Program-made: the position numbers and the translations under genes
From: an uncultured Verrucomicrobiota bacterium
GTDB lineage: Bacteria > Verrucomicrobiota > Verrucomicrobiia > JAWXBN01
Assembly (NCBI GenBank): GCA_964435715.1
Contig: CAYTAI010000005.1
Location: forward strand, 10,190 to 52,418
Direction of reading: 5' to 3'
DNA: 42,229 nt
The notes under the pieces: generated by a model
The model's database searches: none
What the model saw: the letters and a program-made list of their open reading frames with translations, nothing else
Told to the model about the DNA's origin: nothing
Shown: positions 37,433-42,229 of the stretch, piece by piece
Layout of the letters: each line of letters opens with the position of its first letter
Position numbering within the stretch: the stretch's first letter is position 1

Positions 37433-38842
37433 ATGCCAGAATCCTTGCCCACTGCCGATGCTGCCGCTCCCGCGTATGATCCCGGCGCCGTCGCTGCAAA
37501 GCAGCTCCATGACGAGGTCGTCCGCACCCGCCGCCGCCGGCTCCTGCCGCGTGCCTTGGTGGTGGGAATCCTCGCGGGCTTGCTGGGTGTGGCTTTCCGT
37601 GTGGCGCTGGAATGGAGCGGTCGCGCGCGGGGCAAATCGCTCGCGTGGCTCCAGGAAACTCTCGGTGTCTGGGGCATGGCAGTGCCCGTTCTCTTCTGTG
37701 CGGTGGCGTGCGGGGTCGCGGTGTATCTGGTGAAACGATTTGCTCCGGAGGCAGCGGGCAGCGGCATCCCGCATGTCAAAGCCGTCATTACCGGGCTGCG
37801 CCCGATGCGCTGGATTCGCACGACTTTGGTGAAGTTTTTCGGCGGGCTCCTCGCCATCGGCTCCGGCATGGCTCTCGGGCGCGAGGGACCGACCGTGCAA
37901 ATGGGCGCGGCGATGGGGCAGCTCACCGGCGAGAAAAGCGGCAGTGGCGGGATGGAGCGTCAAACCCTTGTCTCCTCCGGCGCGGCGGCGGGATTGACCG
38001 CCGCATTCAATGCGCCCTTTGCAGGCATCCTTTTTGTCATCGAGGAGCTCCACGGCAAGATCACGCCAAATACTTTTTTCGGTGCCTTCATCGCGTGTAT
38101 CGCGGCGGACACGGTGATGCGTTTGATCCTCGGACAGACACCGTATTTCGGGATGATGAGTTTCGAGTTGTTGCCCTTGGGCGTTTTGCCCGCCTTCATA
38201 TTGCTCGGAGTTTTGGCGGGGTGGGGCGGTGTTTTGTTTAACAAATTGCTCGTCCGCTCAATGGATTTTTTTGCGAAGGCACGCCATTTGCCCGCGTGGT
38301 GGGGCGGGGCGGCGGTGGGCGCGGGCATCGGGTTGACGGGATGGTTCCTCCCGGAGACATTGGGCGATGGACAGGATTTGTGGCAGGGGATGTTCGCGAT
38401 TGAATACTCCTTTGCAGCGATTGGATTTTTATTTGTCCTGCGTTTTGTCATGAGCATTCTGTGTTACGGCACGGGTGCTCCGGGCGGGATATTTGCCCCG
38501 ATCCTGGTGCTGGGAGGATTCATGGGTCTCGCCACGGGAATGCTGGTGCAGATTTTCTGGCCGGGAGCCGGGGTGCATCCCGCTCTTTTTGCGGTGGCGG
38601 GCATGGGCGCATTTCTCGTCGGCAGTGTGCGCGCACCGCTGACGGCGATCATGCTTATCGTGGAGATGAGCGGGGATTACAATCTCATCCTGCCCCTGCT
38701 GGTCGCCTGTCTCTCGGCGTATGCCGCCGCGGAAGCAACGGGGGACAAAGCCATTTACGAGGCTCTGCTGGAGCGTGACATCAAACGCAGTGCCGCGGCG
38801 CAAGAGTCCGCTGCGGTGCTGCCGGCAGGGGAAAAGCAATGA
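37433..38842 (+). CDS. clcA: ClC-family H+/Cl- exchange transporter
   Basis: 469 aa. Selectivity-filter motifs GSGIPHV, GREGPTVQ (gating Glu) and GGIFAPIL, plus NAPFAGILFVIEEL. Confidence 0.88.
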   Translation: MPESLPTADAAAPAYDPGAVAAKQLHDEVVRTRRRRLLPRALVVGILAGLLGVAFRVALEWSGRARGKSLAWLQETLGVWGMAVPVLFCAVACGVAVYLVKRFAPEAAGSGIPHVKAVITGLRPMRWIRTTLVKFFGGLLAIGSGMALGREGPTVQMGAAMGQLTGEKSGSGGMERQTLVSSGAAAGLTAAFNAPFAGILFVIEELHGKITPNTFFGAFIACIAADTVMRLILGQTPYFGMMSFELLPLGVLPAFILLGVLAGWGGVLFNKLLVRSMDFFAKARHLPAWWGGAAVGAGIGLTGWFLPETLGDGQDLWQGMFAIEYSFAAIGFLFVLRFVMSILCYGTGAPGGIFAPILVLGGFMGLATGMLVQIFWPGAGVHPALFAVAGMGAFLVGSVRAPLTAIMLIVEMSGDYNLILPLLVACLSAYAAAEATGDKAIYEALLERDIKRSAAAQESAAVLPAGEKQ

Positions 38843-39945
38843 CCCGGCGCAAATTGCTCGGCCTGGTGGAGCAAATTGTCTCCCTGCCGACGGCTCCCTA
38901 CCATGAGACGGCGGTGAAAGAGTGCTTACAGGCGTGGGCGCGCAAATTGCGCGTGGACATGAAAGAGGACAAGTATGGCAATTTGCTCGTGCGATACCGT
39001 CATTCCGCGGCGCGCAAGCGGGTGGCTTTTGCCGCGCACACCGATCATCCGGGGTTTGAAATCACCGGCTGGCGCTCGCCGCAAATTGCCCGGGCGGTCT
39101 TTCTCGGCGGGGTCTCCCGCGGGTATTTCAGAAAAGGAACCGCCGTGATCCTTTTCTCCCGTGCGGGCGCGAAACTCGCGCGCGCGCAAATTGCGCGGGT
39201 GGTGGATTGGGAAAAAAAGGTGGTGGAGCTGCGCGTGACGGGGCGGACGGATGTCCCGCGCGGGCAAGCCGTTTTTGGTATGTGGGATTTACCGCCCTTT
39301 GTCCGGCGGGGCAATTTGCTCCATGCGCGTGTGTGTGACGATCTCATGGGGGTGGCGGCTCTCTGCGCGTTGCTCGAGCAACTTGCCCGGGGGCGGGTTC
39401 GCGCGGATGTCACAGCGGTTTTCACGCGGGCGGAGGAGGTGGGGTTTGCCGGTGCCCTGGGTCTGACCCGGAGCAAATTGCTCCCGACGGGGGTTACGGT
39501 CATTTCCATCGAGAATAGTCAAGCATTGCCAGACACTCCGGTCGGGGGAGGGGCTGTGGTGCGTGTGGGCGACCGCAGCAGTGTCTTTGATCCCGGGGTG
39601 ACTGCGGAGTTAACCGCTCTTGCCGGGCAAATGTCTGCGAAAAATAAAAAGTTTTTTTACCAGAGGCGTTTAATGCACGGGGGGAGCTGTGAGGGGACTG
39701 TTTACCAGATGTCCGGTTATAGGACGGGGGCATTGTGCCTGCCGATGGGGAATTATCATAATATGTCAAAAAAGAGTAAAATCGCCTGTGAATACGTGGA
39801 TTTACGCGATTTAGAGGGGTTAATCGCGCTCATGTCAGGCTATGCCAGGGCTGTTGGCACGCAAGTTGCGGGACAAAAATTGAAAAAAAGGCTGGATGAA
39901 ATCTGGGCTTCCGGTAAGAGGAAATTGCTCAATCCCAAGAATTAA
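38839..39945 (+). CDS. M42/M28-like metallopeptidase family protein (tentative)
   Basis: 368 aa. LPTAPYHETAV...DKYGNLLV...RVAFAAHTDHPGFEI resembles the N-terminal part of M42 (FrvX-type) aminopeptidases. ATGA overlap with the ClC gene. Confidence 0.45.
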   Translation: MTRRKLLGLVEQIVSLPTAPYHETAVKECLQAWARKLRVDMKEDKYGNLLVRYRHSAARKRVAFAAHTDHPGFEITGWRSPQIARAVFLGGVSRGYFRKGTAVILFSRAGAKLARAQIARVVDWEKKVVELRVTGRTDVPRGQAVFGMWDLPPFVRRGNLLHARVCDDLMGVAALCALLEQLARGRVRADVTAVFTRAEEVGFAGALGLTRSKLLPTGVTVISIENSQALPDTPVGGGAVVRVGDRSSVFDPGVTAELTALAGQMSAKNKKFFYQRRLMHGGSCEGTVYQMSGYRTGALCLPMGNYHNMSKKSKIACEYVDLRDLEGLIALMSGYARAVGTQVAGQKLKKRLDEIWASGKRKLLNPKN

Positions 39946-40004
39946 CGTTTGACTTCTTACTTTGCAATTAGTAGAAAGTCGCGAATTATCTAACCAAAAT
40001 ACTG

Positions 40005-42229
40005 ATGAACAAAATCGTTATCCTCATTTTCGCAGTTGTCATGGCCTTGCCACTCCGGGCTCAGGATCAGACTTCCACCACCTCAGGACAAGGCGCGGCG
40101 ACCGGACCATTGGTTCGTGAAATCGAAGTCCAATACGCCGGTCCGCAGACGGTGACCCGGAATGTGATTCTCTCGAATATGAGGACGACGGTGGGACAGG
40201 CTTTCAGTCAGGCGGCGATTGAGGAGGATGTCCGCAATCTTTACGCGACGGGGTTTTTCACAAATTTGCGTATCTATGATGAGCCGCTCATGGACGGGGT
40301 GAAAGTCGTGGTCATCGTGCAAGGCAAACCCTTGATCCGCGAAATCAAAGTCCAGGGGATCAAGTCGCTCAAAGAAAATGCGATCCGGAAACAAATCAAA
40401 GCCAAGCCGGGGAGTGTCATTGACGAGAAACAAATTGCGGATGATGCCTCCAAAATCGTCGAGCTTTACGAGAAAAAAGGCTTCCCGAATGTGGGGGTCA
40501 CATACAAAATCGACACGGACGAGCAATTCGGGCGTTCCACCATCACTTATAATATTGATGAGGGCGGCAAGTTTATCATCAAAAATATCAAATTCACCGG
40601 GCTCAAGCAGCTCAACGAAAAGCAACTCCGCAAGGAAATGAAAACCAAGAAAGACAATTGGTTGTCATTTTTGATGGGCACGGGAAAGCTCAAGAAAGAA
40701 CAATTTGAAGCGGATTTGGACAAGCTCAAAGTCTATGCCCAGAACCAGGGATTCATCGATTTTGAAATCAAGGATGTCCAGTATGATTATCTCAAAGACG
40801 GCGAGATGAATGTGGTGCTCGATATTTTCGAAGGGATCAAGTACAAGGTCAACTCGGTTCAAATCGAGGGGAATGAAATTTACACGACCGAGCAGTTGAT
40901 GTCCAAAGTGACCATGCCCGCCGGCGCGACATTCTCCCCCAAAGGCAATGAAGAAAATGTCAAAGCCATCCAAGATGTTTACGGGCTGCAAGGTTACATC
41001 GATACACGCGTGATCCCCGAGGTCGAGGCGAATATCCAGTCCGGCATGATGGATGTCATATACAAAATCAAGGAAGGCCCGCAGTCCTATGTCCAAAAGG
41101 TCAAGATCGAGGGAAACACGGTGACCAAGGACAAAGTCATTCGCCGCGAGCTCGCTGTCAAACCCGGCGACATTTATGACACGGTCAGTGTCGATGCCAG
41201 CAAGGCACGTCTTCAAAATCTCGGTTATTTCTCTAAAGTGGAAACTTATCCGGAGGATACCAGTGTCCCGACCCGCAAAGATCTCGTGGTGAAAGTCGAA
41301 GAGCAGAGAACCGGCTCCCTGACATTTGGTGCGGGATTCAGCTCCATCGACTCGATTCTGGGGTTTGCAGAGGTTGCACAGGGGAACTTTGACATTGCCA
41401 ACTGGCCGAAATTCACCGGCGGCGGTCAAAAAGCCCGTGCCCGTATCCAGTACGGTGCGGAACGCCAGGACTACACTGTTTCATTTGTGGAACCCTGGTT
41501 TCTGGACAAAAAACTCGCGCTCAGTGTCGATGCATGGTATCGCACCGCGAGTTTCTACAGCTCCCTCTATGACCAGAGCAATATTGGTTTTGCGACACGT
41601 TTGGAAAAACCCTGGGGTCAGTTTTGGCGCACGGGTGTGGGATATCGACTCGAGGAAATCGGCATTTATAATGTGGACCCGAGCGCATCCCAGATCATTC
41701 AAGCCGAAGCCGGCAACCAGCTGAAAAGCTCGGTGAATGCGAATGCCGTGTTTGATTCCCGTGACAATGTCTTCCTTACACGCAGGGGAAATCGCACCGA
41801 GTTCTTTGGGGAATTAGCCGGCGGACCTTTGGGCGGGGACGTGCAAATCTACAAAATGTCCGTGGAAAGCACACAATACTTTGAAGTTTTCAAAGACAAC
41901 ATTGTCATTTTCAGTGCAGGCGCGGGTGCCGCTGATGTCTGGGGGGATGGCACACGGGTTCCCATTTTCGACCGTTATTTCCTGGGCGGTGCCAATAACC
42001 TTCGCGGTTTCAAATTTCGTGCAGTCAGCCCTTATGACTCGGCTGGTGAGCCGATCGGTGGTTTGACCTTCCACAATCACACAGCGGAATACACCTTCCC
42101 GATCATCGACCGTGTCCGCGGCGCGGTCTTTTATGATGGCGGTTTTGTCAATGCCAAGTCATGGGATTTCAGTCTGGACGATTACAATGCCGACGTCGGT
42201 GTCGGATTGCGCTTGAATCTCCCCATTGG
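40005..42229 (+). CDS. bamA: Outer-membrane protein assembly factor BamA (partial, runs off window end)
   Basis: Not in the ORF track because it has no stop in the window. My translation from ATG 40005: MNKIVILIFAVVMALPLRAQD (signal), then repeated POTRA-like units (IREIKVQGIKSLKENAIRKQI..., IKNIKFTGLKQLNEKQLRKEM..., VNSVQIEGNEIYTTEQL...). Next comes the Omp85 barrel (RTGSLTFGAGFSS...), and the window ends in ...FYDGGFVNA...VGVGLRLNLPI. Confidence 0.88.
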   Translation, partial: MNKIVILIFAVVMALPLRAQDQTSTTSGQGAATGPLVREIEVQYAGPQTVTRNVILSNMRTTVGQAFSQAAIEEDVRNLYATGFFTNLRIYDEPLMDGVKVVVIVQGKPLIREIKVQGIKSLKENAIRKQIKAKPGSVIDEKQIADDASKIVELYEKKGFPNVGVTYKIDTDEQFGRSTITYNIDEGGKFIIKNIKFTGLKQLNEKQLRKEMKTKKDNWLSFLMGTGKLKKEQFEADLDKLKVYAQNQGFIDFEIKDVQYDYLKDGEMNVVLDIFEGIKYKVNSVQIEGNEIYTTEQLMSKVTMPAGATFSPKGNEENVKAIQDVYGLQGYIDTRVIPEVEANIQSGMMDVIYKIKEGPQSYVQKVKIEGNTVTKDKVIRRELAVKPGDIYDTVSVDASKARLQNLGYFSKVETYPEDTSVPTRKDLVVKVEEQRTGSLTFGAGFSSIDSILGFAEVAQGNFDIANWPKFTGGGQKARARIQYGAERQDYTVSFVEPWFLDKKLALSVDAWYRTASFYSSLYDQSNIGFATRLEKPWGQFWRTGVGYRLEEIGIYNVDPSASQIIQAEAGNQLKSSVNANAVFDSRDNVFLTRRGNRTEFFGELAGGPLGGDVQIYKMSVESTQYFEVFKDNIVIFSAGAGAADVWGDGTRVPIFDRYFLGGANNLRGFKFRAVSPYDSAGEPIGGLTFHNHTAEYTFPIIDRVRGAVFYDGGFVNAKSWDFSLDDYNADVGVGLRLNLPI

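Larger units (their letters stand above)
837..39481. repeat. Dispersed highly iterated 9-bp palindrome GCAAWTTGC (44 exact copies by manual scan)
   Basis: Copy starts: 837, 942, 1012, 1152, 1236, 1403, 2334, 2538, 2937, 3083, 3784, 4726, 8178, 8663, 10312, 10380, 10539, 10758, 11141, 11331, 12654, 13282, 17893, 18889, 19240, 19851, 23283, 23357, 27864, 28900, 29671, 29692, 29734, 29851, 34405, 35759, 36454, 38849, 38942, 38978, 39081, 39186, 39311, 39473. W=A in 23 copies and W=T in 21. The flanks often extend the symmetry (GCGCAAWTTGCGC, GAGCAAWTTGCTC). Confidence 0.85.

Noticed and set aside
37282-38457. Several 165-239-aa minus-strand ORFs antisense to the ClC transporter gene.
   Set aside because: They are Arg/Pro/Ala-rich shadow ORFs. 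The plus-strand ClC gene has all the selectivity-filter motifs.
40083-41429. 180-aa and 254-aa minus-strand ORFs in the last 2 kb.
   Set aside because: They lie antisense to the plus-strand bamA frame, which runs from 40005 to the window end without a stop and has a signal peptide, POTRA-like repeats and Omp85 barrel motifs. The minus-strand products are low-complexity (D/L/I/F-rich).
1-42229. CRISPR arrays, rRNA or tRNA genes, IS elements, integrases, prophage structural genes.
   Set aside because: Reading both strands, I found no regularly spaced direct repeats, no rRNA-like conserved blocks, no convincing cloverleaf, and no transposase, integrase or phage-like ORFs. tRNAscan-SE, Infernal and ISfinder-type searches would be needed to be certain.

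Overview
This is a 42.2-kb chromosomal segment, mostly about 55-65% G+C. It comes from a Gram-negative bacterium (BamA, OmpA/MotB-like proteins). The protein and repeat flavour suggests a PVC-group or Verrucomicrobiota-like organism, but that is a low-confidence guess from memory. I call about 46 protein genes. I found no rRNA, tRNA, CRISPR array, transposase or integrase. Recognisable housekeeping genes are rph, galK, purE, aroK, bamA (3' truncated by the window end), rmuC, crcB, a ClC exchanger, Fe/Mn superoxide dismutase, beta-carbonic anhydrase, an aminotransferase and a TPP enzyme.

Five things stand out:
1. A roughly 4-kb low-G+C island (about 29.9-34.0 kb) carries a tightly coupled three-gene operon: C5 DNA methyltransferase, a DUF262 (ParB/GmrSD-N-like) protein, and a HEPN (Rx4H) protein. 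A divergent YefM-YoeB module sits beside it. This is my best candidate for an undescribed restriction-modification-like or abortive-infection defence system.
2. The 9-bp palindrome GCAAWTTGC occurs 44 times by my manual count, against a chance expectation below one. It appears in genes on either coding strand, in more than one reading frame, and in intergenic DNA, and it is absent from the island.
3. A six-gene operon (18.0-27.1 kb) encodes circularly permuted ATP-grasp, alpha-E, transglutaminase and DUF2126 proteins, with the ATP-grasp/alpha-E pair present both split and fused.
4. There are three type II toxin-antitoxin loci.
5. There are structured or repeated intergenic elements at 28.3 kb and 33.7-33.95 kb.

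All functional calls rest on motif and family recognition by eye. No alignments or profile searches were run.
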